Positions 35,412 through 45,416 of a stretch of DNA of 64,000 nt are shown here, one piece after another. Source of the DNA: a virus (lineage: Duplodnaviria; Caudoviricetes); the IMG/VR virus record IMGVR_UViG_3300028379_000001, positions 4,186 through 68,185 of that record. One strand, given 5' to 3'. Under the pieces are notes generated by a model that did not search any database, was not told where the DNA came from, and was given only the letters and a program-made list of their open reading frames with translations. The translations under genes and the position numbers were made by a program. Positions within the stretch are counted from its first letter, which is position 1. Every line of letters begins with the position of its first letter.

Positions 35412-38400
35412 TCAGAAGTCGTATTCGCGGTAGAACGCAATGTCGAACGTCGCCTCGCGAAGTCCGCCATCCCCGGTGAAGTTGTCGAGCTGCGCGACGT
35501 AATGGCCGATCGGCATTGCCTGGATCGCCGAGCGCGTTCCGGGAATCGCCCCGCCCGACTCGGTGTACCAGAGTTCTCCGTCCACCCAGCACTTGACGTG
35601 GTTCTCGGTCCACTCGAATGCGAAGTTGTGGAACTGCGTCATGTCGACGCCGTTCTTGATGTTGTGCTCCTGCTGAATGGCGACGTTCGACGGGTGCGGG
35701 TAGTGGATGTACGCCTCGGCGTTCTGCGCGTCGGGGTCGGTGTACTCCACGAAGTCGTACTCACCGCGAACCGGCCAGTCGTACGGGGGCTCCTGCGGCC
35801 AGATGATGTGCAGGACGTGGTACTTCCCGCCCGTTGTCCCGATGTTCCGGGAGCGGGACCGCACCTCCCATCGGCCGTACTGCCGGTCCCGCTTCGCCTG
35901 GACCCAGCCGGTGTCGCCGTTCGGGTAGCCGTGCAGCGTCATCATGCCGTTGCCGACTGTGGTGCAGTAGGCGACGCGGCGACCGTTGCCGTTGTGGCCG
36001 TCCATGCCCTCGACCGGGGCGTTGTTCCACTTCGCCGGGTTGGGGGCTCCGGTGTAGCCGAACTCGTCGGACCACGTCGCGTTCGGAGTGCCCCAGTTGA
36101 GCAGGCTCGCCGCCGTAATGCCGTCCTCGCCGATCCCGCCGCCACCGGGGTTGCCGGGGTTGCCGGGCTCCTCAGCGCCGTAGCCCGCCGCAATCGCGCG
36201 AGCCTTGTAGACGTACTGCTGCTTGCTGGCCACGGTGTAGTCGTCGAAGGTCCCGCTCGGCGCGCACAGCCCGATCACCTTGAAGGTGGAGTCGGCAGCG
36301 CCGAACTCCTTGCGGGCGATCTGGTTGGCGAGCGTCGCGGGCGCCTCCCCGATGGCGGGCGGGTTCGTGCAGCGGACCCGGATGAACCCGGACTGCTTCT
36401 CTGTGGTGATGGTCGGAGCGAGCGGGTTGTCGTAGTCCGGGAGCACGAGCCGGATGCCCGCCCCGGAGGTCTGGCCGTTGGAGTCGAGGACGGTCACCTC
36501 GATCCGGTACCGGACGTCACTCCACAGGTTCGTCAGCTGTCGCTCGGTCGCCGTCGAGGACACGAGCGCCGTGTCGGAGTGCAGGACGTTCGAGGTGTCG
36601 TTGTAGACCCGGACCCGGTAGCCGTTCTGCGTGATGGCCGGGTTGGTGTTCGTGTAGGTCCACTTGATCAGCAGGCTCTTGCTCGCGAGCGACTCCAGGT
36701 CCGTCGCGGGCTGGGTGATGACGACCGACCCGCCCGTCCCGGAGGTCGTGAACGCGACCCACGCGGACCACTGGCCCTCGGCGTCCACCGAGTCATAGGC
36801 CCGGATACGCATCTGGTAGCTGGTGTCGTTGGAGAGCGTGTTCGAGGGGATCACCCTCTGGTACTGCGCGCCGCTGACCTGTGTTGGCGCGACCTTGCCG
36901 GAGTCGTAGACTGTCGCGCCGGTCGAGACCCGGCGCACCTGGATCTGCGCGCTCGTGGGGTAGTCGCCGCCGTCCGCGTCGTTGTACTGGAACGTGACGG
37001 TCTTGGCCACCGTGGCGTTGTAGGACCCGATGCCGATGTTCGTCACCGGACCGGGGGCCGTGTTCATTGACGTGTCGCGGAGCGAGATGAGCGCGACCGG
37101 CGCGCCTCCGCCGTCCTGCATCGCGACATCCACGATTACGCACTTGGTGTTGATCTTCTGCCGGGGGACGCGGATGGACTCGATCGAGGAACCGGACGGC
37201 CCGAGCGGGGTCGGCGTGAACTGGAAGCTGGCGTCCAGTTCGTTCGTGAACAGGTTCCAGCGGACCTTCCGGATCAGCCGCGAGTTGTTCGCGTCCCGGT
37301 AGTACACCCACAGCCAGTTCGTGAAGACCGAGTCCCGCACGATGTCCCAGGCCTGCGACCTCTGCAGCACCTCGCGACTCGGGAAGCCGGTCAGGCCCTG
37401 CTGGGTGAGGTCGATCTGCTGGAAGATCGTGTCGTTGGACTTGAGGTAGACGCCGATGTGGCCGTGCCGAGCGATCGCGTAGTAGTTCGGCGAGTCCCCC
37501 ATGTGGGGCAGCCGGATCTTCGCGTCCGGATCGTGCGGCGAGTTCGTCGAGAAGGACCCCGAGACGAACGACGGGGTGCCGAGCGACGCCTGCGCCGTGG
37601 GGACGGACGCCTTTCCGACGGCGGACCGCTCCAGGTCCGATCCGTTGCCCGCCTGGATGAAGGAAGCCACGCGGATCTCCGAGCCGTCCGCGATCGCATC
37701 GAGCCCGGTCCCCGACGAGTTCATCGGGCGCCACGTCGCCCCCGTCGACAAGATGTCGGCGTACTTGGAGTAGGCGTACCGCGTCCCGCCCCCGAACAAG
37801 TAGTCCAGGTTCATGTTGGAGATGCCGAGCTGGTTCTTGCCCCACTGGCCGTCTCGGTGCGAGTGGAAGACGACCAGCTGGCCCAGGGAGGACCGGTCCG
37901 AGTTCGGGAACCAGCACGCCTGGAAGTTGTTCGGCAGGGCTCGGTGGGTCTGGTAGGTGCCGAGCGTGTTGTCGCCCATCGTCGTCGGCGTCCAGTACTG
38001 CCAGGAGAAGTTCCCCAGGTTCTTGTAGCCGTTGACGTTCCAGTACTTGACCCCGGAGTTGTGGTTGCCCTGGAGAGCCCCGCGCATCCCGACGACATAG
38101 ATGTTGTCGGCGTCGTCGCGAGTGATGGAGAAGGTCTGGTACCCGGCGCCAACCTGGTAGTACTGGGAGTGCTCGCCGACGGTTGTCGGGAGCTTGTGAA
38201 TGAGGGTCGGCGACGTCTGGTGCGGACGCTGGTAGTAGAGCCGCACCCCGCCCGCGAGGTCGTTGCGGAGGAAGACCGCCGTTCCGTCGGACAGCTGGAT
38301 CGAGCTGCCGCCGACCGCGTTGAGCGCGTGCCGCTTCTGGGTCCGGAGGATGACGGTCGGCTTGCGGTTGGTCTCGATCTCCCGGTTGGCCGGGTTGATC

Positions 38401-39023
38401 CAGAGCAGCCGGAACGTCGTCCCGCCGGGGAAGTCCCGGAGGCTCGTGAAGGTCGTGAACAGCTCCTGCTGCGCGACGCCAGCCGTCAGGTTGGCCTTCA
38501 CGTTGAGCAGGAACTGCTCCCCGCCCGCTTCGAGCAGGTTCGCCGTCGAGGGATCGAGCTGGATCTGGTAGTACTCGTAGTCGTACAGGAAGTTGTCCCG
38601 TAGCGGCTCCATGTCTCGCCAGGAGCCCGACCCGAGCGGGAAGGTCGTCGGGGAGGACCAACCCTGCAGCGAGTCGTCGCCCGAGACGTTGTACTGCGAC
38701 CCGAACAGCGACAGGCGCAGGCTCGCGCTCACCAGCTCCTCGTTGGAGTAGACCTGGAAGCCCTTCTCCGGCAGGAACTCCGCCCAGCTCTGGAACAGGC
38801 GGAGCACGTGCGCGCCGGGCGCCTCCCCCATGAACCCGCCGACGGCCATCTTCTGGCCGCTGATCGGGTCGGAGCCGGGATCGGTCGTGACGTCGGTCCC
38901 GTTCCGTGCCTTCCGCATGAAGACGATCGGCGTGCCACTCCAGGGGCTGTCCGGATAGGACTCCGTCCCAACCGACTGGAGGGAGCCATCGTTCAGCTCC
39001 GCGATTGTCAGTACGACTGCCAT
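35412..39023 (-). CDS. Large minor tail protein with FnIII-like repeats and C-terminal GH16 domain
   Basis: WSDEF...GRWEVR...GEYDFVEY (ExDxxE)...FHNFAFEWT...WVDG; YQMRIRAYD-type FnIII strands. Confidence 0.85.
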   Translation of the reverse strand: MAVVLTIAELNDGSLQSVGTESYPDSPWSGTPIVFMRKARNGTDVTTDPGSDPISGQKMAVGGFMGEAPGAHVLRLFQSWAEFLPEKGFQVYSNEELVSASLRLSLFGSQYNVSGDDSLQGWSSPTTFPLGSGSWRDMEPLRDNFLYDYEYYQIQLDPSTANLLEAGGEQFLLNVKANLTAGVAQQELFTTFTSLRDFPGGTTFRLLWINPANREIETNRKPTVILRTQKRHALNAVGGSSIQLSDGTAVFLRNDLAGGVRLYYQRPHQTSPTLIHKLPTTVGEHSQYYQVGAGYQTFSITRDDADNIYVVGMRGALQGNHNSGVKYWNVNGYKNLGNFSWQYWTPTTMGDNTLGTYQTHRALPNNFQACWFPNSDRSSLGQLVVFHSHRDGQWGKNQLGISNMNLDYLFGGGTRYAYSKYADILSTGATWRPMNSSGTGLDAIADGSEIRVASFIQAGNGSDLERSAVGKASVPTAQASLGTPSFVSGSFSTNSPHDPDAKIRLPHMGDSPNYYAIARHGHIGVYLKSNDTIFQQIDLTQQGLTGFPSREVLQRSQAWDIVRDSVFTNWLWVYYRDANNSRLIRKVRWNLFTNELDASFQFTPTPLGPSGSSIESIRVPRQKINTKCVIVDVAMQDGGGAPVALISLRDTSMNTAPGPVTNIGIGSYNATVAKTVTFQYNDADGGDYPTSAQIQVRRVSTGATVYDSGKVAPTQVSGAQYQRVIPSNTLSNDTSYQMRIRAYDSVDAEGQWSAWVAFTTSGTGGSVVITQPATDLESLASKSLLIKWTYTNTNPAITQNGYRVRVYNDTSNVLHSDTALVSSTATERQLTNLWSDVRYRIEVTVLDSNGQTSGAGIRLVLPDYDNPLAPTITTEKQSGFIRVRCTNPPAIGEAPATLANQIARKEFGAADSTFKVIGLCAPSGTFDDYTVASKQQYVYKARAIAAGYGAEEPGNPGNPGGGGIGEDGITAASLLNWGTPNATWSDEFGYTGAPNPAKWNNAPVEGMDGHNGNGRRVAYCTTVGNGMMTLHGYPNGDTGWVQAKRDRQYGRWEVRSRSRNIGTTGGKYHVLHIIWPQEPPYDWPVRGEYDFVEYTDPDAQNAEAYIHYPHPSNVAIQQEHNIKNGVDMTQFHNFAFEWTENHVKCWVDGELWYTESGGAIPGTRSAIQAMPIGHYVAQLDNFTGDGGLREATFDIAFYREYDF

Positions 39024-42000
39024 CAGGTTGCCTTCCCGGCCCGAGCGGTCTGCTCGACCTTTCCAAAGAACTCGCTAACCGACTTCATCTCCGCCACGGT
39101 CTTGGCGTCTATCGTGACCGAGACCGGCCCGGTGATTGTGGTTGTCGGCTGCCCGCCCGTCGCCTCGTTCTTGCCCTTGCCCCAGGTGATCTGGTTGAAA
39201 CCAGGCGGGATTGCCTGGATCGCGGCCTTGGTTCCGTTCCCGACTGCAGCCTTGTCCTTGGCGTAGGACATGTTCACCGCGCCCTTGATCGAGATCATGT
39301 CCTTGTCGATGGCGGACTTGACCGCGTCGCTCATCTTAAGCGCGGAGGTCACGACGGTTTTGGTGTTGTCGGCGATACCGTTCGCCAGACCGTCGACAAC
39401 CATCTCGCCGAGCCACGCCATCAGCTTCGACGGGCTCGCGACCCCGAAGAAGTCCTTGACGGCGTTCCAGGCTGCCGTCGCCTTCTCCATAAGGAAGTCC
39501 TTGATCCGGTTGCCGAGAGCAGCCAGACCATTCATCAGGCCGTTCACCATGTTCCGGCCGAGATCGGCCAGACGCCCCGGAAGGGACTGGAGGAATCCCA
39601 TTACCTTGCCGGGCAACTCCTGGAAGAACCGGATGACCTCGTCGACCTTCGCCTTGATGACGGCGGAGAAGATCATCATGTAGGCGCGGATTCGCGCGAC
39701 GAGGTTGTTCCACCAAGTCAAGATGCTGTTGATGAACTCGGAAATCTTGGAGATCACCCAGGTAGTGAACTCCTTCACTGGGTTGATGACGTTCTCCATC
39801 ACCCAGTTCCAGGCGGCCTCGGTCGCGGCGACGACCGTGTCCCAGTTGGCGATGATGAGCGCGACGAGCGCGATCACCGCCGCAATCACCCAGCCGATCG
39901 GGCCGAGCGCGATGAACCAGGCAGCCGCCATCCGCGCCGCGTTGACGAGCGACTGGACACCCATCAGCACCCAGCCCGCGACAACCGTAGCCGTCGTCAC
40001 CGCCCAGCTCGCGATCATCCCGGCCGTCGTGATCGCAGTCTGGACCAGCCAGGTTGTCGCGACTCGAATTGCGTTCGTCGTGGCGGCGAGCGCGATAGCC
40101 GCGTAGTGCAACCCGACCGCCAGGGCCATCCGCGCGTTCTGTGCGATGACCTGGGCGACGTAGAGCGTCGTCTGTGCGATCCAGACGGCGGCCGTCTTGA
40201 TGGCGTTCGCCGTAGCCGCCAACGCGATGCCCGCGTAGTGGAGCCCGAGCGCGAGCGCCATCCGGGCGTTCTGCAGGATCACCTGCGTCGCCATCAAGGT
40301 CGACTGCGCGATCCACACTGCCGCAGTCTTGATCGCGTTCAGGGTCGCCGCCGCTGCGATACGGAGGTAGTGCGCGGCGACCGCGACCGCCATCCGGAGG
40401 TTCTGGGCGATGACGGCGGCGACATACCGCAGCGTCTCCGTGATCCAGATGACCGCGATCTGCGCGGCCTTGGATGCCGCCTGGATCCCCATCATGACCC
40501 AGCCAGCGACCACCCGCGCGATTCCGACGATCCAGGCGGCCACGATCTTCGCGACGTTGGCGATTGTAGTCGCCGCCATCACGACGTGGCCCCAGATCCA
40601 TCGGGCGACGCCGACGACCACCTGCTTGATGAGGGTGCCGATGAACTTGAGCACCATCAGCTCGCCCGAGCGGAGGTTGCCCGTGAACAGGCGGGCCGCG
40701 AATCCGGCAACCGCAAACACAGTCTTGACCGTGTCGAGCCCGACCTTGAGGAGGAAGATCGCCCCTGTGAAAATCTTGGCGGCAACGAACAGTCCGGCCA
40801 GGACAACCGCGAAGCTCACCATTCCAGAGAAGATGTATCCCAGGAGCGGCGCGATCGGGGTGAGCGCTGTCCCAAGCGCAATGAACACCGGGGACAGGAC
40901 CTTGATGCCGGAGATGATTCCGTCGATCAGCCCGCCCGACATTGTCTGGGCGATTGGGGCGAACTTCTCCAGAGCGGGCAGGACGTACTGGACGAAAGCG
41001 TCGCCGAGCTTCTTGGCGTTCTCGGCGAACTTGTCGAAGTACGAACCAATCAAGCCAAGGATTCGAGAGCCCTCGGCGGACTTCAGGAACTCGTTGAACT
41101 TGGTCGTCATGTCGGCGACCTTCGACAGGAACGATTCCTGCTCGCCGCCATTCAGGCCCGAGAAGATCGTCGTCAGCGCCGTGCCGACGTTCTTGACGAT
41201 CGTCCAGAGATCCTTAAATGCCTGGATGCCCTCCAGGATCCAGGTCTTGATCTTCGCGGTGCCCTCGGCGGAGTACACGAAGTCCCGGAACTTGTCCGCT
41301 GCGGCGCCCGCCCCGCCCGTGAGGCCGAGCAGAACCTCAGACCCAATCTCGCCAATCTTCATCAGAGCGGCAAAGATGGGCTCGATCGCGCGGAGCAGGT
41401 TGTTCAGAACGCCCGCCGAGTTTCCGAGGAAACTGGCGATCGTGTTCTTGCCCTGGAGCGAGTTCATGAATCCGGTGACCTCGCGGGCCGTCCGGTTCAT
41501 GTCGCCGGCAACTGTAGTCAGCTGCGTCTTCAGGATCGGCAGGTAGTTCTTGCCGAGGGCCTGGATCTCCTTGCCCAGGTTCTTGAACAGGCTCTCCTGG
41601 ACTGCCTTCTGGAGTTCCTTGAGCCCCTTCTCCTTGATGTCGCGGAGGGCGATGGCGGCTTCCCGCGCGGCGGGAGTCAGCTTCTTGATGGCCTCGGCGA
41701 ACTTCGCCGGGTCCTCCGTCGCCTTCATCGCGTCGCCGAAGCCCTGGACGCCGAGCTTGATCGCGCCGAAGGCGAGGACGGCCGGTCCGATCGCGGCCGG
41801 GGCGAGCCCGATGAGACCGGAGAGCTGCTGGATGGCCTGGGCGAGTCCGGCGACGAGGTGAATCGCACCAGCCGCAGCGGCACCCACGCCGCCGATCAGC
41901 CCGAGCCACTTGGCGACCTGCTTGACGAACTTGAGCTGCTGGAGCGTGAAGACGAGGGAGAGCGCCGCTCCGGAGACTGCGTGAATTGGGCCGCCGAGCT

Positions 42001-42709
42001 TGTTCAGCACGCCGCCGAACTGGTCGAGACCCTTGGTGATTGTGCCGATGACGGCGAACTGCCGGGTGGAGCGGGCAAGGATGCCGAAGCTCCCGCCCAG
42101 CAGCGTCAGCGCGGCGGAGAGTTGGATGCAGCGCTGGATGACGGACGGGAAGTTCTTGGCTTCCTCGGGGATAACGCCCATCGTGAGCGCGAGGGAGCGG
42201 AGGATGTTGGTTGGGCCCTTGAGGCCCGCTAGCGTCATACCCTGCCGGGAGAGCATGCCGGTCGTGAACGCGACGGCGCCCGACAGAACACCGAAGGTCT
42301 GCGCCAGTTCTTGGATCGTGTTGTCGATCGCGTTGGCGTTGTCTACGATGCGCTGCCGGGCGCTAGCCATACCGGCGCCCCAGTCACGCATGTGACCGAG
42401 GATGGTGCCTGTGGCGTCACCGAACTTCTTGGTTAGTTGTCCGAAGTCGATCGCGGCGAGCTGCTGCCGGATGCCGACGGACTCGCGCTGGACCTGGGCA
42501 GACATCCCGCCCAGGTTCACGTCCTTCGCGGCCGTCCCCATCGCCTGGGCGTCGCGGGTGAACCTCGCGCGGAGCGCCGAGAACTGGTCCATCAGCGCCC
42601 GCGCGCGGGACTTCACATTGTCGAGATCCTTGGCGGCCTGACCGGTGCCCTTGTCCTTGTAGTCGACGACAATCTTGCCGTGCGCCGTTCCGAGATCATA
42701 GTCGGCCAT
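39023..42709 (-). CDS. Tape measure protein
   Basis: 1228 aa, Ala/Gly-rich helical, periodic W/aromatic repeats; follows chaperones. Confidence 0.95.
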   Translation of the reverse strand: MADYDLGTAHGKIVVDYKDKGTGQAAKDLDNVKSRARALMDQFSALRARFTRDAQAMGTAAKDVNLGGMSAQVQRESVGIRQQLAAIDFGQLTKKFGDATGTILGHMRDWGAGMASARQRIVDNANAIDNTIQELAQTFGVLSGAVAFTTGMLSRQGMTLAGLKGPTNILRSLALTMGVIPEEAKNFPSVIQRCIQLSAALTLLGGSFGILARSTRQFAVIGTITKGLDQFGGVLNKLGGPIHAVSGAALSLVFTLQQLKFVKQVAKWLGLIGGVGAAAAGAIHLVAGLAQAIQQLSGLIGLAPAAIGPAVLAFGAIKLGVQGFGDAMKATEDPAKFAEAIKKLTPAAREAAIALRDIKEKGLKELQKAVQESLFKNLGKEIQALGKNYLPILKTQLTTVAGDMNRTAREVTGFMNSLQGKNTIASFLGNSAGVLNNLLRAIEPIFAALMKIGEIGSEVLLGLTGGAGAAADKFRDFVYSAEGTAKIKTWILEGIQAFKDLWTIVKNVGTALTTIFSGLNGGEQESFLSKVADMTTKFNEFLKSAEGSRILGLIGSYFDKFAENAKKLGDAFVQYVLPALEKFAPIAQTMSGGLIDGIISGIKVLSPVFIALGTALTPIAPLLGYIFSGMVSFAVVLAGLFVAAKIFTGAIFLLKVGLDTVKTVFAVAGFAARLFTGNLRSGELMVLKFIGTLIKQVVVGVARWIWGHVVMAATTIANVAKIVAAWIVGIARVVAGWVMMGIQAASKAAQIAVIWITETLRYVAAVIAQNLRMAVAVAAHYLRIAAAATLNAIKTAAVWIAQSTLMATQVILQNARMALALGLHYAGIALAATANAIKTAAVWIAQTTLYVAQVIAQNARMALAVGLHYAAIALAATTNAIRVATTWLVQTAITTAGMIASWAVTTATVVAGWVLMGVQSLVNAARMAAAWFIALGPIGWVIAAVIALVALIIANWDTVVAATEAAWNWVMENVINPVKEFTTWVISKISEFINSILTWWNNLVARIRAYMMIFSAVIKAKVDEVIRFFQELPGKVMGFLQSLPGRLADLGRNMVNGLMNGLAALGNRIKDFLMEKATAAWNAVKDFFGVASPSKLMAWLGEMVVDGLANGIADNTKTVVTSALKMSDAVKSAIDKDMISIKGAVNMSYAKDKAAVGNGTKAAIQAIPPGFNQITWGKGKNEATGGQPTTTITGPVSVTIDAKTVAEMKSVSEFFGKVEQTARAGKAT

Positions 42710-42721
42710 CCGACAGGGCTC

Positions 42722-42958
42722 CTATCCTGACGCGGGGTCTCGATATCTGGCGGCTCCCTCCGAGCGCAACCACCTATTCAGAACCATCTGGGCCGCCATT
42801 TGTGCGCCCTTCTCCGACTTCTTCCGGGATTGTGCCTTCTCAATCTCGGACTCGATCTGCGAGCCGACATTGTAGATTGCACGGTCGAAGTAGAACGACG
42901 TGACCGGGTGGCGGAACCCGGCTAGCTCACTCGGCCTCTGACTCAGATCCTTCGCCAT
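42722..42958 (-). CDS. Tail assembly chaperone C-terminal (frameshift) extension
   Basis: ORF in +1 frame overlapping the end of the upstream chaperone. Confidence 0.65.
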   Translation of the reverse strand: MAKDLSQRPSELAGFRHPVTSFYFDRAIYNVGSQIESEIEKAQSRKKSEKGAQMAAQMVLNRWLRSEGAARYRDPASG

Positions 42959-43526
42959 CTTCCACAGCGTCCACAGGCGACTTGGACTGCTCGCGAAACC
43001 TGGCCATCTCCTCGCTGTCCATCCCCTCCATTGCCCAGGCGAGAATGTGCATCTGGTCCATCATCGGGATGGCGTCGGTGTAGACGACCCCATCCTCTCG
43101 ATCGGCCGGATCACGAGTCACCCAGTCGCCCGAATCGTCCTGGACCAGGGACGACTGGATCGAGGGCTTGATGACGATCTCGGGGAGCATGAGCGCCATG
43201 ATTCGACCCATGGCCTTCATCTCGTCCTTGTTCCCGAGCATGGCCTTGGTGGCCGCCTCTTTGGCGGCCTTCTCCTGCGCCTTGGTCATCTTCTTGGCCG
43301 GGCGGGAGGACTTCCCGGCGGGGAGCGCGGGCTTGCCCTTGGCGGGCTGGGTGACGTTGGCGTCGACAGCGGGGGCGATGGCGTCGAACTCGTCCATCAA
43401 CCCCGCGCTGACGATCGCACTCATGTCGATCCGCTTCGCCAACACCAACGCACCACTCGGGCACGTCAGGTCGGAATACGGAGAGCCGCCCCACGCGGGG
43501 GCGCTGTACTCGGTCTGAGCTGGCAT
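42927..43526 (-). CDS. Tail assembly chaperone
   Basis: Between major tail protein and tape measure. Confidence 0.8.
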   Translation of the reverse strand: MPAQTEYSAPAWGGSPYSDLTCPSGALVLAKRIDMSAIVSAGLMDEFDAIAPAVDANVTQPAKGKPALPAGKSSRPAKKMTKAQEKAAKEAATKAMLGNKDEMKAMGRIMALMLPEIVIKPSIQSSLVQDDSGDWVTRDPADREDGVVYTDAIPMMDQMHILAWAMEGMDSEEMARFREQSKSPVDAVEDGEGSESEAE

Positions 43527-43565
43527 CCTTGTGCTCCTTCGCTCTGGTTGTTAGACCGGGGACGA

Positions 43566-44165
43566 CTACGGGGTGTCGTTGTCCTCGGGGTCGGGCAGAA
43601 CCGCCGCGCCGATCGCGACGGCCGTCTGGTTGTGGACGAGGTCGTACAGGATGTCGTCGCCCTCGCCGTCCTCCAGGAGGGGGAGCGCCTGGCCGGACCC
43701 GGAGGTCAGGAAGAACTCGCCATCGGCGAACTCGCCCTCCAGCTCCTCGGTGACGCGGCAGCGGTACAGGATGCCGTGGATATCACCGCCCGAGTCCGAG
43801 ATGGCCTGGCCCTCGGTGTAGAACCACGGCCGAGCGTCCCGCCCGCACTTCCTGTAGATGCGCTTCACGTTGGGGGTGGTGCCGGACTCGATGATCTTGC
43901 CGCCGGACATCACCTTCCAGACGTCGAGCGACAGACCGCCGGACTCCACCTCCCACTCGACGATCGCACCGCGACCACGCGTGGTCACGACCCGGTCGTC
44001 ACCGCGCAGCTCCTCGAACTCCTCTGTCTCAGAGAAGCTCAGGGTCCGCGCGTTGGGGAGGTCGACGCTGGTGCCGGCGAGCGTGCTACCGCCGGCATCC
44101 GTGTACGGCGTCAGCTTGACGTCCCGGAGCCCGTACGGCAGCGCCGTGGGGATCGGTGTGGTCAT
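43566..44165 (-). CDS. Major tail protein
   Basis: PYGLRDVKLTP...LSFSETEEFEELRGDD...SGGLSL pattern; synteny. Confidence 0.85.
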   Translation of the reverse strand: MTTPIPTALPYGLRDVKLTPYTDAGGSTLAGTSVDLPNARTLSFSETEEFEELRGDDRVVTTRGRGAIVEWEVESGGLSLDVWKVMSGGKIIESGTTPNVKRIYRKCGRDARPWFYTEGQAISDSGGDIHGILYRCRVTEELEGEFADGEFFLTSGSGQALPLLEDGEGDDILYDLVHNQTAVAIGAAVLPDPEDNDTP

Positions 44166-44350
44166 TCCTTCTCCTTCATCGGGTTCTTGTACTTCCGGGT
44201 CTCGATCAGCTTACCGGTGTGTAGATCGAACCGGTGAAGCACCACAACCCCCGGCTCTGCGCCGCAACGACTCGACCGGCACTTGACCTCCAGGACGTTC
44301 CCATCCACGACGCCAAACAGAATCGAGTTGTCGCAACGAAGTTCCATCAC
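44162..44350 (-). CDS. Small Com-like zinc-binding protein
   Basis: MMELRCD...LEVKCRSSRC resembles the Mu Com pattern. Confidence 0.45.
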   Translation of the reverse strand: MMELRCDNSILFGVVDGNVLEVKCRSSRCGAEPGVVVLHRFDLHTGKLIETRKYKNPMKEKE

Positions 44351-44613
44351 GCCGTGCTGACGATCTCGTCTCGCGGCTTCGGCGACGGCTTGGGATCGTC
44401 GTCCTCCATGAGAACCGCGAATCGGTCGTCCTCCGCACGGAAGTACCGAATGGCGTCGTCGGTGAACTTGTCACCAAGAACGGTCATCCCATTCAGCGCA
44501 TCCCACTGGACTGTCGCCTGGCCGAATACCTTGGCCACCTTCCAGTCCGCCTCGGTGATGCGGCAGGTCGTCGCCACACCGAGATACTTCACGCACTTGA
44601 CCTTCTCGGCCAT
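44347..44613 (-). CDS. Hypothetical virion-region protein (88 aa)
   Basis: ORF track; RBS GAGGAGG. Confidence 0.7.
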   Translation of the reverse strand: MAEKVKCVKYLGVATTCRITEADWKVAKVFGQATVQWDALNGMTVLGDKFTDDAIRYFRAEDDRFAVLMEDDDPKPSPKPRDEIVSTA

Positions 44614-44651
44614 GGGGACCTCCTCTCGTATGGTCTTATTCTATCCGATTG

Positions 44652-45077
44652 CTAGCTTGCGACGACCTTGTAGGCACAGTTCTTGGTAATGGTCTTGTAG
44701 CCCTCGTCGTTCAGGTTCGCCGACATCCCTTGGTACGTAACCTGGTCCAGGGTTCCGTCGGCCCCGTCAACTCCAGTCGCCGCCATCAGGAGTTCCGTCA
44801 CCCGCTCCAAGACCTTTCGCAGAACCAGGAAATCCCGCGAGGTCTCGCGGTCCTGATGGGCCCACACGGTCAACTGCTCCGAGCGGCCGAACTGGTTGAA
44901 GACTGTGGTCTCCTCCTCCCACCGCAGGATCAAGAACGGGCCGCCCCCGCGCGGCGGAGTGTCGAGCGCCTGCGCGTCCCAGACGCGGTTGGCGTTGATC
45001 CCGTACACGTTGTACAGGGCCTCGTCGGTCGTCAGCAGAGTGAAGACTGCGGCCTGCGCACTCACATTCGCTCCCAT
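44652..45077 (-). CDS. Tail terminator-like protein
   Basis: Size, synteny, LTVWAHQD. Confidence 0.65.
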   Translation of the reverse strand: MGANVSAQAAVFTLLTTDEALYNVYGINANRVWDAQALDTPPRGGGPFLILRWEEETTVFNQFGRSEQLTVWAHQDRETSRDFLVLRKVLERVTELLMAATGVDGADGTLDQVTYQGMSANLNDEGYKTITKNCAYKVVAS

Positions 45078-45415
45078 AGTCCATCCAGGAGCAGAGTCAG
45101 CTCCCGGCTCGCCTGCCGCAGCGCGGGCAGGATGATCTGGTACTTGCCGGAATTGGCGACTTCGAGCCAGATTCCGTACGACACTGCGTGCGCCAGAATG
45201 AGCTCGAATCTACTCCGCCCGTGCGCCGTGACAGCGTGGAGGCCGGTGCGCGCCGCTGCGGTCTGATCAGTCCAAGGCGCATTGCTCTTCATCCATCCTG
45301 TAGACCGGGCGGCCTGGAACGAGAACGCAGCGCGAATGGCGAGAATGGTCTTGTCGTCCAGCTCCGCCAACTCGCGCTGAATGTTGCGGTCGTCCCAGTC
45401 CATCCGGATGTCCAT
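45062..45415 (-). CDS. HK97 gp10-like neck protein
   Basis: APWTDQTAAARTGL...YGIWLEV motif. Confidence 0.75.
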   Translation of the reverse strand: MDIRMDWDDRNIQRELAELDDKTILAIRAAFSFQAARSTGWMKSNAPWTDQTAAARTGLHAVTAHGRSRFELILAHAVSYGIWLEVANSGKYQIILPALRQASRELTLLLDGLWERM

Positions 45416-45416
45416 G

